Assembly (NCBI GenBank): GCA_964199315.1
Contig: OZ116700.1
Span: forward strand, 16,864,001 to 16,928,000
DNA: 64,000 nt
From: Orbicella franksi
Lineage: Eukaryota
Direction of reading: 5' to 3'
Shown in pieces: positions 1 through 15,600 of this stretch. The position numbers and the translations under genes were made by a program. Numbering within the stretch: position 1 is the stretch's first letter; each line of letters starts with the position of its first letter. The notes beneath the pieces were generated by a model, which saw nothing but the letters and a program-made list of their open reading frames with translations, did not search any database and was not told the DNA's origin.

Positions 1-658
1 ATACTCCAGGTTTACGTCACGTTTTTCTTGCGCCTTTCCGGAATATGCTAGGATTCTAGTGCCCAGATTCAACTTGAATAATTCACGTTCACATGCTTGA
101 ATACTCTTGAATACTCTAAGAGTTTTCTGCGTGACGATTGCGTGTTCGAGAGTAGAATACTATAAGACGGTTTCACCTTGGCGCAGTAGGAAACAGTTTT
201 TCTAACCAATCTTTCTCTGCGGGGCATTTCAACACGATGTTTGGTTAGCACCGGGTATGTTGACAAATATTATAATTTTTCACAGTTGCTGAGTGCCCCG
301 CCGAAAGGCAGGGCGACGAAAAATTAGTCTATAGACTCATTCAGTTGTTCTCCTCCACGGAAATCTTTAGTAAAAGGCGAAAGATTTATACGTGTTGAAG
401 GAAAACCAGAGTTACTATACCAACGACGAAGTTCGGCGGTATGTTGAAAGCGATGTGACAAGACATATGGGACAATGTGATAAGTTTACATGATTAGTCC
501 TTAGATTACGCATGCGCATCAGACAAAACTGGAGGATTCGAAATCAATCTTCAATTGCGATTTAATCTAGAGACTTCGATACGAGTTTACAATCTCTCTG
601 CTTCTTTTTCGGTCGAAGAAAATTCAAAGCATGCGTGCCGATGAAGAAATTGCCTCAC

Positions 659-3600
659 CTGGTCAGAAGTGTAGTCAAAGCAACTCGAACTCTCCTCCTC
701 AGTCTCCCGCTCGGTACTCACGGATCCGAACGTAAATCTCTCAGGCTCCGACAAGAAACGTTCACGTGAAGGGGTCTGGGGAGAACCATGGCTAAGTACA
801 TACGGCACGTCAGAAGAGCCAGTGGTCTGCAAAGCTGGGTTCACTGGAAACAACAAAGATGAATCGCTCATACTTAATACACAACTAACATTGCAAAGAT
901 TTGATTTTTGCTATTGTATGGCTAGCTCCGTGAGCAAAACATTTCAAAATTTTTGCTATCACATGGCTAACTCCGTCAGCGGACAAGATGAACCAAATAA
1001 TGTGCGGGATTACCCGCTATGTCCCGCGAAAAAACAGTGTTCTTTTTCCGTGGGAGATCTGGACTCGATATTATGAGTTACCTTCATCTCCTCCGACACC
1101 ACTACACGGGCTAGAGGTAAAGAAACCATATTCTCTCCTTCCACCCAGTGTAAAATCATACCGCTATGAATTCTCTTCTTTCCTCCTCCCTGAGATATAA
1201 TATTATTATGTTAGGGACTTTCTTCTCCCCATAGCTGTGTCCATACCCAGAAATTTTCAAAGGCGAACAGAACAGCTTTTCGAGAATTTCCGGGGAAAAA
1301 GGACAACCGCACGAGGTATACCCAAATTTTCGAAAATTCCTAACCGGGAATTTCCGTTTCAATTGATTTTCCTCCTGGAGTTTCCTCAATTTTCGGTTGA
1401 ATGATTCGCGTTCCGGAAGATCAATAATTTTCGGATTTTCGGAAAGTTTGTCAGGAAATTTCCGTACTATTTGCCCGGCCCCTTTTCGAAAGTTCCTCAA
1501 TTTCTAGTTGAATTGAAAGCGCACATGAAGTCTTTAGGGAGCTGCATACCTTCTCCATTAGCTCCAGGTTTTCTTGAAACATGTACAGGGCTCGGCCATG
1601 GCGACGCACTCGTACTGCTGCCATCAGTCATGGACAGATTAATCCCGCTATCTGCTCCAGAAGATGAGATCAGAACATCTATCGCAGCACTTACTCTTTC
1701 CTTTTCATTTTTCTCGCTCTCAACTCCACACACCGCCATGATACACTTGGGGCATGGGATAATCCTGGTAACCAGGCGATATCCATGCACCGTGATGGCG
1801 TCAAGGCCTGGGAACCAGTCAGTGATGAGTGTGTCCATGTGTTCCACAGTTATAGCGATCAGCCGAGCGGCAGTCTGGACACTACACTCGGAGACGGACT
1901 TCACTTTAAAACCGATCAACTTAGAACCCTCGCGTCGGTCTGCGAAGACAATTCACAAAATCAAGATGTTATTCTGGAAAATTTCTTGCCAGGAAAGAAA
2001 ACAATGTTTCCTGAGTTTCCTGATCATCATGTACAATATGCTGTCAAAGTTTCTTTTAATATTTGGATCGGCTGTCAAGAAAATTGTTACAGTGTGTTTG
2101 TTATCCCTTTTTAAACGTCTTCGCAAGATTGAAGCGAAAAAGCGGTGCACGGTGGCTTCTTACACAAACCAATTTTTACTTATATCTCAAAGAATATTGA
2201 CGAGGGACGTTGCACCCAAGGGACTCCCCTTACTAAATTTCTTGTCGCTGTGAGCACTGACCTTCTTCTGACCTTCCTCGGTTCGTTCTTTTTGAAGACA
2301 GTTTCTTCCGCTGTTCAAACTTCTCCATACTGATACGGACGCATGGTGTGATAACCTCAATGGTGGAATACCGAGTGGTGTCGTGTACCTCACGTCTGTA
2401 GTGTAATGGATTAGCGATGTCATCTGAAACAGAAGTATGTTTTTCATACATTTACTACTACCCTCTCATAATCTCTGCAAGGTTTCACGCAATCTAACAA
2501 CGCGCATGAGCAAAGGAAGGTTCTAAATGATTTTTAAGTTACCATAGCTATAATTTTTTTTATTATACAGTTTTTGGAACATTTTTTTTAATAGGATGAA
2601 CGTTGTAACACCGAGGACGACGCCCAGTTAAAAATAAATTTATATTTTATCTTCGAACATCGCAATTATCTAGACCTGTTCCGTGTTCATATCGGTCTCA
2701 AAACTTTGTCAAAATAAACATGTAATGACAGGTTTCAGTTCCAAAACGAAATACAAAAAATTAGCAGCAATCTTTTGCTTTCTCCAAAATACCCAGAAGT
2801 TTGTCATTTTAACGTTGTTGTTTTGCAGAAAACCGCAAAGTTACAACGCACGTGTACAGTCACTGTTCTGCCACTGTTTGTTGACGTTCTCTTACCGTTC
2901 TGACAGTCTATCGAAAAGAACATAGTATCTGACTACAAGCGCATTATGAAATACCAACAAAATTATACGAGAGGAGCAAGTCTCACGACCAAGTGTATGC
3001 AGATATACCTGGTGCGCCATAAAAAGGTCTTCCTTCTAGCTCACATATCCTGAGCAACTTTACACCAAAACACGACAGTTCAACCCCAGTCTTCCAGCAT
3101 GACCACTCTGGCTGGGCCACAGAAGCCAGTTTGTCTCTGTCACCTTCCTGCACCGGCCCATCGGGAGACAACTGACAACATGACTTCACTGTATCGCGGA
3201 TTCGTTCGTCTGGAATCACCCTGAAAACAAAACAAGCTTTAGTATCTTAAAACTTGTGAATTTAAACCATCCTTACAGAAACTTGAACCAGTCAGCAGGG
3301 CAGCAATATGGTTTGTATTCTTTTCCAGAGCGGAAATTCGAAGACTTTTCAAAGAAATGTCACGGAGAAATCTCTGTTATGTAAACCGGTAACTGAAAAG
3401 ATAACTTATATGCCAGAGCAGTATAATTTTTCTAAACCATTACATGAGCGTTCAAATTAGAAATCATTAACATTAACGCTAAAACTTGAAATTTAAAGGT
3501 AAAGTTGCATAGAGACCATGCATTTTAAAACAATCAGTACTCGAAGCGCGGGAAAACATGTGAACGATACCAAACGTCGGGAAGCATGCAAACAGTGCAA

Positions 3601-6600
3601 AGCGCGGGAAAACATGCAAGCAGTTCCAGGCGCGGAATGCAAAGTGGCGAGAAAACTCACGTCAGCCAAATTACGATCGGTCTGAATTTGGAGTTGATTG
3701 GCTGTGAGAACAACACTTGCGTTGTGATTGGCCAGAATGTTGAACGAGTTTTCAAACCAATTACCAAATTCGACAAACGTGGAATCAGAGAAAAACTAGG
3801 AAAATGGTAAAATTATCTTACTTACAAATGAAAACTACACTAGTTTATTTAGCTTATTACTGTTTCTCTTCTATCGCTTACCTAGTGATCAGTCTCGGCC
3901 AGAACCCGCTGGGTACGTATGACATGACGTACTGTCTTCGCAGGACCTTGCCTTTGGTGTAAGCAGTCGTGTTCATGGCCTGAGCCACTGCAGAACTGAC
4001 CCCAGCTGCCACGGGCTGGTTGGTCTCTTGCTGACTGTCTGGGAGTAGGGAGGGGACAAGTAAGAACTCCGCACTCCATGGCAACGCCACTTCAAATTTG
4101 CTCAACAGGTTGATGTATTGGCTCATGAGATTCGCTGGGAAGCGCTCACTTCGGAAGATTTGAGATAAGTCGGACCGCTTCATAACACCTGAAAAACAGT
4201 AAAAAGATGAGAATTAAACTCTGTGCTCAAAAAAATTAGACCTACATTTGATCCCCGCCCCCGACAAATCCTTCCCCCGAAGTGCCCGGAAAAATGGGTT
4301 ATGCTATGTAAAGCAAATGTCCCTGCTTGAAACCGTGTGCTCAGACAATTGCCTCTTACCATTATTGATGTGAGGGTTCACTTCCCTGACGGTGACAACG
4401 TGCGCCAACATGTCACACAACCACTGTGGGTCCAAGAAGTACAAGTCACGCAACAATGGGTCGTCATAATGCAACAGCACACCTGCGATACAAGGCGAAA
4501 AACATTTGAACGATAACGGAGAAGATAGGTAGATAAAGTTAGAAGTTCCATTGGCTTCATGGCAACTAAATCAACTATTGTAGATAAGTTTATAGGTGCT
4601 AATGTAATGACAAAAAACTCTAGACCTTACATTGTGAGTCAGACCTCTCCATCTGGATATCCTGCGAGCTAAGCATTAGGCCACCACGCCAACTAAACCT
4701 CTAAAAAATCTCTATATACCGTCTCTGTGATTCAGGTTCATATAACTTTCGAGCCCTCGTCATCTGACTTATATGTTTTCGTCGGGTCATGCAAACCTGT
4801 GTGCTTACTGTTCATTGTAATATTTTCCGTACCATTGTCATGTAGGAATCTTGTTGCCTGTTGTAGCTCCTCTGGTCCTCTCAAATGGACCTTCTGTCTC
4901 GCAAGCTCAGCTTCAACCGCAGCACTATCAAAGAAACACAACGACACAACAAAGGAATGAGCTTTTCGACATGGACCTGTCAACTTGAGTAACTGATAAG
5001 CTCTAAGTTAGCCTCCTGCGCAAACGTTCTTATGGTTTGTCACGCACTCCTCCCCAAGGAATATTGTGTGACGAACCCAAAGGACGTCTGAGCAGTGGGC
5101 TAGGAGAAATTTCAAAACGCAGCTTTATTTCTGCGATTAGGCCTACCGTCCACACTGAAAGCAGAGCTTTTCGAAAATGTTCTTCAAATTGGAGGGAGAA
5201 ATTCGAAGACGCAGGCTTTTCTTTTTCGTGTGGACGGAAAACATTTTGAAAACGGGGCTTTTCAAAACCGATAGCGTCACGGCGATAATCACGTGATTTC
5301 CCTGCCCGAGTTTTCCTCAAACACAATTTCAAAATGACCGGTGATTGCTGCGTTTTTAAATTCCTCCGGCGTAGCGTGAACGGGGGCTAAGTGAGAGTCA
5401 TTGCGATGTGCGGAGTTGAAAATCATTGCATCCCTTTATAGCTGTGAAAGCAAAGGGTGTAAGTCTGCACGTAAAAACAACCTCAACGACAGCTATACCT
5501 GAATTGTTCGGACTTGAGGACAGGAGTCTGGTCGTCACGGTAACATCTCTCACGAATCACGCTTACAGCCTCCTCAACTGCGATGTAACTGGCGGGAATT
5601 GGAGTTTTCAGCAGAGGCACGCGACTTCCTGTTGAGTGAGAGACGTGAAATCGAGTCAGTGGACAGCTGTAAGAGGTTGCATGGTCGAGACCTATCTCAA
5701 GGTAGAAAAATTACGTTCGCAAAGTCAGAAAATACGCGTAAATGGAAGTCGTTTTAATTTAGTTGAGTGTTCATGAGCAGAAATCTGCTAGTATAACCGG
5801 CCAACTATACTAATGCAAATTCAGCAATCTGATTGGCTGAGCTATAATCCATTAGTGTAGCTCAAAATTTAATTATGAGTTATTCAAGTTGACCCTGTCC
5901 TAACGAGGTAATTCAAGACTAAAGGGAAAAACTCTTCTCTGTTAAGTCATCCTCAGAGAAGACTTCTTCTCGTACATCGAGCGACGCGCCTCTTTTTTGT
6001 GTTGCTCCGTTCTCTATTTTTGTTTCGGCTGCCACAGCCAAAAGTTTTTTTTTTCAAAGGACGCATACTAGTTATACACAAGTGAATCCTTTACTACCTT
6101 TCTCTTTGATCTCAAATGACGTGTTGTAGATCAGTTGTCGTAATTCCCGGATGTGGTACCCAGTCTTACAGCTGACCTCGATCATGGCCATCACCTTGGG
6201 CAAGCCTCGTTCCCGTGTGTTTTGGACTCTTCCGCCGAACTCAGTGGCGATGTAATTATCTGATATCATGGTCCTCAAGTTTGTAAGGTAATCTGATCGT
6301 TTGTCAGCTTCTAGCATGTCGTAGTGTGTTCCTACAATAATGACTGGAGAATCTGGGGCACGCGCCTGTAGAAATAAACATAGACAATTTCTGAATGGGC
6401 ATGTCATCAAAAACTAATGCTCTTCAGTTGGCAAACACTTCGACATCAAACAGCTCGGAATATCCCAATTTAAAGCTAGGATTCAAGGATAGGGCTTGCT
6501 GTTAGATTTGATAGGCATAGCGTTTTAAGAGGGCTTCCGCATGTCTTAGTATATTTCGGTGTTTAATGTTTTAGAACTTCATTTGCTGGCTTAAAGTCTG

Positions 6601-9600
6601 TAGTAATTTTACGTAGCGTAATAATTAGTATAATAATATGTGTATTGATCAACAAAGTGTGTGTATTACTACAAAAAAATTACAGAACGTCCTGTAATCC
6701 AGCTCAACCATTCCCAGCCTTGCTGACATGTAATCCTCTTTGTCCATTACAACTGGAACTGCTCTCACACAATTAACACCAAAACGCAGACCAGACGTTA
6801 GGTAAGAACTGAAAGCCAGGGTAAGTCACAGGACATTCATGACGAATCAAGACAACAAACCTGGATATTGAGCAGCCATGGTTCAATTTCATTCACGCCT
6901 TGTTCACCGTCTGTGACTTTCCACATAGCGATGTACAGAGAGCGATGAGACAGGAAACATTGATGTGTGGCGTAATACTCTCGCTGGAAGACAAAATGTG
7001 ATTATTGTGTTCGAAATTAGCTGTTGAAACGCACGCTACATACTAGTTATCCAACCCTTATGGAATATCCCCCGAGTCACCCGTATTTCTTGGTGTACAC
7101 ACCAGCCTTTAGGCGAGTGTGTATACCAAGAAAATACAAGTGACTCGTAGGACTCCATCGTGATGGTATACCACAAGAAAGCGTCGCTTAACTATTTTAG
7201 TAAAGTTACCACTTCGTCAAAGCAAAACTGACAATCAGATGTCAGTTTGCTTGCTTTGCTAAGTTCAATGGCACTCACCCCTCCCCTTCCCTACCCTCCC
7301 TTCCCTAACCTCCCTTCCCTACCCTCTCTTTCCCTTCCAAGCCTCACCTGTCCACCAAAGTCCCAGGTGCTGAATTTGATGCTTGTTCTGTTGTCTGCCC
7401 GCCCAAAGGCAAAATCAGTTTTCTTTGGATAGATCCAGTCACATACATCAACACCAACAGTGGAGATGTTCACCTCAGCTTTCTTAGAACGACCTAAAAA
7501 GGTGGGATATTGTTAAAATTAGTTGGGAGGAAATAAGTCAGGATATGTAAATTAAAGTACATACTAATAAAGTAAATAAAGGAGTAAAGAGTATGTAAAT
7601 AAGGAGTAAATAAGTACGTACATACATTTAGAAGTAAATAATAGAGATAAATACTGGTAAATGTGAAGCCCCGTAAAATGATGATAAGCCACGAGCAAAC
7701 AAAGCAAACGGGCAGCACTGAAAGCAAGAGTTGCTAACTCCTCCATACAGCCACTGAGCGGCCTCAATGCACAATCACAGTTCCGCGCCTAGATCGGATT
7801 AATCAGTAACCTTCGTACACATTCAACCAACCGGTGAATTCACGGTCACCAAGGACATCGATGAACAAACATCATGCCATGAGCGCGAACCAGTGGGAAA
7901 ACAATCCAGAGTCCCCGATCGGGTTCGAAACTTTTCGAGGAATCTGAATTTTTTTTTGTTTTCGGACTGTCGTAGGCTCGCGGCATAGCGGATAACTATT
8001 CTACCATCAGAAGTAATTAAGTAAGGATACGCATTTCAACCTAAGAACTACTAACATGATCACTCCCAAAACGAACACAGCTTGTTTGCCGCATAAGGCC
8101 ATGTTTTTTGTTCAGATAGAACGACAAAGCGTTATTATGACAGGGCACATGAATTGGCACAAAACTTGAGTCGCTTATTCGATCAGCAGCTGAATGTCTG
8201 AGCCCACGGTTTCTATTCACACACAATGTACAAAACTTTAAGCTGACGTGGTAACTTTGCCGGAAGTGCTTTTGCTCGCGCAAGCTAAAGGAACAAGGAT
8301 GGTACGTTCTTCGAGAAAAGGCCAGTTTTGCAGCGAATACTACAGTTGTTCACGTACCGGTGATTGATCCAGCCCGCCTTTTCTTGACCTTTCTCTCTGT
8401 CCATCCCACAGGAGGAGAGTTCTGGTAGCTGCCTGTTCCCTCCTGTCTCAGCTGGTTCAACAATGTCGTCTTGCCGATGTTTGCAACTCCGACAAACATG
8501 AGTTTCATGCTTGGGTGAGGCTCAGACCTGACGAATTAAAGAAAGTACTAAACGGTTCCCTTCGTGAGATTTTTTTAACTCACTTATTGAAGGACAGCGA
8601 TAGGTTTGAAACATGAACTGCCAAATATACCTATATGAAAGTAAAACCCGCATCCTCCATAAAGAGAGGATGACTAACGATGGCGAAGAGGGGAACGGAT
8701 TACAATGCTAGATTCTGTAAATTGAGAGTACATCTTTCGTATTTATGACAGTTTCGAACAATAACTTGTGCATAAAACCTTCCTAACAGAACGCAGATAA
8801 TTAGAGACTTAAAATAGTGGTTCGGTGTTGTAGAACAGTACTACTGTACTTGATAAATGAAAGGAACACATTAGGAAGTGAGAATGACAAAAGATAGATA
8901 GAATGGAAACGGACAATGATAAGCAAGATTCTCTTCCTGAAGTGTTGCGTTAATCTCGAGTCCAGATCTCCCACGGCCATGTGGAAGGGAGATCCAACTT
9001 TTCAGCGTCAAACAGAGTGAGATCTGTGTACGAGATTAGCGTTGCGTGACACCAGTCACGAAACAGATAGGTTGTGATGGTGACTGACTAAGTAGAAGCT
9101 GGTTGCATAAACCAGCTAAGATACGTTAAGAGTCAGTGGACACCTCACCTTTCTAGAACTGATCTTAGATATCCAACAATATCTTTGGTCTTCTTTCTTT
9201 CCAGTACACTAGGTTCGATATCCTGTAGCTGTAGTCCCTGGTACTGCAAGTCCCACAGTTCAGACAGAAGCCCAACTTCTGCGGGTAGGCGTGTGATTTT
9301 AGTGTTGCTCACGTGCAGTGAACCAAGCTTAGAGAGGACCCCTACATCCTTGGGTAAACTCCACAGCTCATTGCTGCTCAGATTTAAAGACTGTAAGCTG
9401 GGAAACAGAATGCCTGGGCTCCGTGCGTTCGCTGGAGATGTGTCTGCGGCAGACGCAACCGATGCAGGCCGATTCCGAGGAAGCACAAAGTGAACTTCTC
9501 CAAGCTTGTTGTTGTTCAAGTCCAGCCGCTTAAGATGCGCAAGAATCCTGTGCTTTGAATGCCGGCAAAGTCGTGCTTTGCCAACCTGCAGTCCATTCTC

Positions 9601-12600
9601 TGCACTAACTCGCCGCCTCATGCTCGGCCGCTGACCTTCAGTGACACTGTAACACTGACTCTCTGTCCCATTTCCATACGGGATATTTTCAGCTATGGGA
9701 TGGAATGCGGTCAGGTTATTGTGCGACAAATCTAACGTCCCAAGTGAAGTGGGAAACAGAGCCAGTGAGGGAACTTCAGAAATGCTATTGTTTGATAAAT
9801 TCAACGTTCCAAGATTGGTGGCCAAGCAAGACAAGCCCAAAGGAATCTTTGTTATTTGGTTGGCTGACAAATCAAGTTTTTGTAGAGAAGATCCTTTTGT
9901 GGGATCAATGTCTTCCTCTTCTGAATCAGAGTCTTCTATTTCGTCGCCATGTCGTGTTCCCCACAGTTGACTGTGATGATACATTTTCAGGGGATGACTT
10001 ATTTTGCCGTTTGCTTCAACAGTTGGCATCTTGACTGGTTTTCTTTCCAAGGTTCCATTCACGTGGCTGTCAAAACGAAATAAATAAACAAGTAAATAAA
10101 CAAACATACATACAAACAGACAAGCGAATGAACAAATAACAGCTTAGATATTTGTATATGCAATAGGAAAACATGTTGTTCAATTTGCAAATAACTGAAT
10201 GAAAAAAATATATATATGGACTAAGACGAAGTCGTATTATCTGTTAATTATATTGCGTACAGAAGTGTCCAAATTACTTGTTACTTTGGTTACACATAAT
10301 TTTGCGCGCGCAAGTATGTGATTTTTAGGGTGGCAATATTACGTGTGGGTTATTGACCAAGCGTGAGTGCAAGATGGATGGTTTTTGTTTTGTTTTGTTT
10401 TTTTTGCGCGCTTATGGACCGTTTATGGCCATCTTGTTCGCTCGGGTAGCTAATAACAGCAAAGGATTCATCTTGCCCGCTCACGGAGCTAGCTATATAA
10501 TAACACACAACATTGTTGGATGAGGTTGAACATGATGATAGAGAGATTCAGAATTATCAGGGCCGAGATTTGTACTATCAGCTGAAGCTAGATGGCCGAG
10601 GTGGACATCACAAATCAGGGCGTTCATAAGGTCGCTAGTATGTGAAAGACTTCATCATTTTGGGTTTGACTTTGCATTCATTACGCTAGTCTCTACTACA
10701 GCTACATAACGTGCTAAAAACACAGGCACGCAATGCGTACAGAGAACCGTAGATACACGACTATAATATTATTATAGTTATTCTGACCTCAAGTCTACTA
10801 GCAAGCTGTCTTTGCTCAAAGACAGCACTTTAGCACGAGGAAGACTTGACGTTTTTCCATTTCCTCCACGTCCTCCTTGTCTTGCTTTCATAATTGGCAA
10901 CTTCCTCACAAAATTTCCCTTCAGATCAAGTGATTTCAACACAGGGGCAGTCCACATCTCGAAGGGAAGATTCTGTATATCGTTGTAGGAAACGTTCAGA
11001 TATTTCAGCATCGGCAATTCAAACAGACAAGTAGGCAGGGACGTTAGGTCATTGTGGTGTAACTCAATGTCTTCTAAGTGAGGGCAGTTCCAGCCTGATT
11101 CAGCATAAGTGAAATCCTGCTCGCCTTCTTCAAAAGCAAGATTTTCCTGAATGTTCTCGCACGAACTGTACGGTTTCTTTCCAGCTTTTAAAGTATTCTT
11201 TTGCGCCAAATCTTTTTTGCCTCCAAGCCAAAGACTGGGAAGACCAGAAATGGAGTTTTCCGACGCATTTAGAGTTTTCAACGAAGGCATCTGAAATAAC
11301 ACAATTGGCAGCTTCACAAGCTTGTTGGATGAAACATCCACTCGCGTTACAGTTTTAAGTGACGGGTGTAGCCCAGTAACCATCCCATCATATGGATTAA
11401 TTGTACTGGCAGCCAGAAAAATCCACTGATACTCCAACTTTGGAAGTGTCATGTTATTCCAGAGTAAAGAGATGGGTATCGCTTCCAATCTCCAGATCTC
11501 TTCAGCACTGTTGCTTGTTCTTGATGGGTGAAGATTATGTTCCTGGTCAACTTGAGCACCTATCAATCAAGAAAACGAATGCATAACAAAGATTCACCTT
11601 TTCACGAGTGTCTCGGTGGGTTTCACTGATAGCTGACAAATGGAGCATCTTAAACTGAAAAATCCGAGAACTGCAAAATTTACTAATACCCGAGATATGG
11701 ACTGAAATTTCAACTGACAGTTGAGAAATCACCAAAAAACTATAGGGAAGTGATGTACACATGGATGGGTGCTGAATTGAAAAAAATATGGTGCCCCTTT
11801 GGTCTTTCCCTCTTTCAAATTCATGGCAGTTTAACATGTCTTTAGAGTCATAAGCTCCAAAGAGTCTCCCACATTTATTTAAATATGACCCTGTGGAAAT
11901 CCTGATTTATGATTTGAATTTAGCCCCCTATTCTCTGATAAGCCCCCACCCTCCACCCTACTAAAAGATCTTGAAAAGAAATACATCCCCCTAGGACTTA
12001 ATACAGCATCAATGGTATTGACAGTGGGTAAGCAAGCATACTCAATACAAGATTTTACAAATCAATCTTTTGGACTGCGTATCTAGGCTCGATCACCAGC
12101 CGCTGTTCGGGAAAGGAGTGACCACACACGAGAGAGCGGCGGAAATCAAGCCTACTGGGTATCCAGCAACAAGCAAGATATCCACTTTTCAGCTTTCAAA
12201 ACTTTCGTCTGGACTTCAACTGGGCTTGACAAAGAAATGTGTGGAAAATGTGACATGAAACTGCCTCCTTAAGTTCTATGTACTTTCACAATACATTACC
12301 TCGTTGAAGCAGGATCATTATCATTTCAGTATTATCAGCTAAGATGGCAGAATTCAGGCACTTGTGATCAATGTCTTCAGCTCCGTTACTTAACAATAAC
12401 TTCAACATTTCCAAGTCACCCTGACGACAGGCAATCTCCAGAGGGGAAGATGTGCTAGCACCAAGATTCTCCTGTGATTCAGTTGTATTATTCTCTCCGT
12501 GATGACTTTCCGTGCCAGCAGAAAGGTTGACATCTGCACCATGTTTTATGAGTAAGCTAACAACATCTCTATAACCAACTGTGACGGCATTGTGTAAGGC

Positions 12601-15600
12601 TGTCTGCCCCATGATGTTTCTCGTATTTGCAGAAATTGTCAAGTTTGCCTGGCATGGCCCAGCACTGTAAAAAGTGGAAAGGTAAACAACCCATTAACAG
12701 CCACCATTCCTACTCCTTTAAGTATCTGGAATTGAATCCCAGCAAGCTCAAAGAATTTTCTTTACTTCACATGGTCCCCCATATTCTTTCTAGGGCTAAT
12801 GCTCAGAGCGAAAAACTTGGGCTCCAAATTACTTTAATTTCTTAGTCAGAGTGAATTCTCTACGTTCTAGTTTCTAACACTAGTGCTGTGTGACCCCAGG
12901 GGGAGGGCGGTAGCTCCTTATTTGGGTTATACAGGGACATGCCACTGGACAGGGTATGGTTTTTTGGCCTCACTGTCCTGAACAGGGTATATAATTTTAC
13001 TCTCCTCTGTCCTAAACACGGTCAGAACATGTCCCAAACAGGGTATGGCATTACAAGCCCAGAGATGTTAACCGACCATTACAAGGTCATCAATCAACAT
13101 TGGATCATTTTCAAGTCAAGAACCCTATTGTTATCTGTACCCTTTAATTCGAATCATTTTCCCACTTATCAGTATTATAACAAGCTCGCGTGTACGGACA
13201 GAATAGATCATACTGGTGTTGTCCTACACATGGTAGGGTTTATAGAGTATTCTTGTTTTAAACAGGGTCAGGATTTCAAAACTGCAGTAGCACCCCTATA
13301 CCCAAACATGGGTCAAGTACCCCCCTCAGGTGTGTGGCACATCATTGCGCTTTCAATGTTGTCCCCTTTGATTATGCACAGGCCTCTCCAAAGTAAATAC
13401 CACCCACAAGCAGAACAAGACACTTGCATTAAAGGCAGTTCCTCTATGTAGACACCAGTGCTACCAGACATCAATCTCACATTTAATGACACCTCCCGTA
13501 CACTAATAAACAGACAACCCCCTTAACCACGCAGAACCTTCCTAATGTCAGACAACTCCAATAAGCCAACACTTCTAAGCTAAAGGACAGCAACCTCCTG
13601 TCCCCTAAGTCAACAATATCCCAAGCAATTATGTCTCCTCGTGTACTAATATTATATTTATCCATCTTCTACATTCTTATATGAGAAGTAAGCATTCTTT
13701 CCTACATGGATGTAACCCTAAATTTATTATCACATATTATATCATTATCTATCACAACTTTCTTGAATTCTAACCAAACCCTGTGAAAATTATACACCCA
13801 ACAGACACATCCCTTGTGCAGACCACTACAGCAGAAAAAAGAGATTTAAGCCACTCACCACCTGTGATGACAGTCTAAAAGTTGCTCAACAACCTTTACA
13901 AAGCCTCCCTGTGCAGCGAGGTGGAGAGCAGTCATGCCACTTGATGTACGAAGGGTCATGTCAATCTTGCTGCAAGGAGCCAACTCCTCACCCTCTCTGG
14001 GGATCAAACAAGAAACATGAACCAGTAAATTAGAATACCTACATTAAGGATATCAGGGCTGACATGGTTGAAAGTGATTTATGAGAAAACAATTTTTTAT
14101 CACTTTTCATAAGTTTTTGCCTTGTATATATATCCGAAGTTAGCAAACAGCCCAGGTACACTTTGCACTTCCAATAATAACAAACCACAAAACTCACAAA
14201 ACCACTGACTTGGTATGCTGGAAGAACACAAGAAGAGGATGTTACTCAGTCATCTTTTCCTTCAATGAAAAATTATACTAAAAGACCTTAAAACCAAAGA
14301 TGACTACAACCAAAGCACTTTTGTTTTCAAAGCATTTCTATTCCAAGATAATTCTTCTTGAGATTCATTTCTTAGCAAGCAAATCTTCAATTCTCATTCA
14401 CTTATTACTGCCAGCTTAGCACAGTTAAGTTTTGAAGACATGATTGATCATCACAGTTATATACACAACCTAAGCAGTTAAGTTTTCTTTTAGAGATATT
14501 CTTGCCTAAAAGGAAAATAAAGGGGTGTAATCAATATATAAGCTTAAATAATTTCCTAAAAATGAAAATCATACTCACCAAACGGGCGAGTAATCAATGA
14601 TTTGTACTCACCCAGCACTTTTCACACTCGCATTGGTGAGCAGGAAAGGGTTAATTTCCGACACTGTAATAAATCTCTTATTATCCAAGCTTACTCAGGA
14701 CAGTACTGGGAAAAGACAAAATGATGTAATGTGCCTTTTGTCTTTTCTGAATGGACCTCACTGCACCCAATCTGCACTCTGCCTTGACCTAGGGTCAATA
14801 ACATTCTCCCAGGGTGGCCCATGCCATTTGCTTGGTTAATAAGACACTTATTGACTCACCAATAAACCGAGTATTTAGCGGCTAGAAGAACAATTAAAAA
14901 GCTCTGTGCCCTTCCAACATCCTACACAACTGGTATGCTAAAACTATATGCAACATCACCACTTACCTAGGAACTTGCAGGATGCTCTTAATAATCTCCT
15001 CATTCTCTTCACCTGCTGCCACATGAAGAGCTGTGGAATTGTCCATCTTACTAGGAATATTGACTGTGTGCGGCATAGTCTGAACCATGAGTCTCACCAG
15101 CTCAACGTTCCCACTAAGGCAAGCAGCATAGAGAGGAGCAATTCCTGTGATAGTGTTTGGGGAGCCATCTGCACCTCTATCCAAAAGGACCTTTACAACT
15201 TCAAGATGGCCACCCTGACAAGCCCTAGGGAAAACATGATGAAAGTTCTCAATTGAATGGTTGAGGATAGACAACTAGTATTAATGGTGATTTGAGATAG
15301 TTATCAGGATTCTCCTTTCATTTTGGGAGTGGCTTGAATTAGGAAGGTCATGTTCTATGAAGAACTGACTGCCACACTGCAGTGCAAGGAAAAACTGCAG
15401 AGAGAACCTGACTGAAAAGAAATAAAAAAATATGATAATAATAATAATAATAATAATAATAATAGTAATAATAATAAAAAGGTTCTTATTGCGCATTTAG
15501 AATTCTCAATGTGCTTACAATTGCATATGATTAAAAAGAATAAAAACCTAACTAAAAGATGCAATTAAAATATACCCTGCAAAGCTAAATAATTAAGGTA

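Noticed and set aside
1-159. Open phase-0 frame after TTATAG (YSTLEHAIVTQK...) as the next LRRK exon
   Set aside because: No resemblance to the Cys/His-containing COR end or kinase start expected next; weak acceptor.
1471-2253. 260-aa plus-strand ORF
   Set aside because: Antisense shadow of LRRK COR exon 1550-1939 plus intron; no recognisable motif.
12939-13451. 170-aa plus ORF in an LRRK intron
   Set aside because: Coincides with a CCCCAGGGGG...CCCCCCTCAGG MITE-like repeat; no protein motif.
14575-14690. Two GTGAGT donors and frame LDNKRFITVSEINPFLLTNASVKSAG as an extra LRRK exon
   Set aside because: Would need a weak AAG acceptor, and the flanking exons already join in phase; at most an unverified alternative exon.
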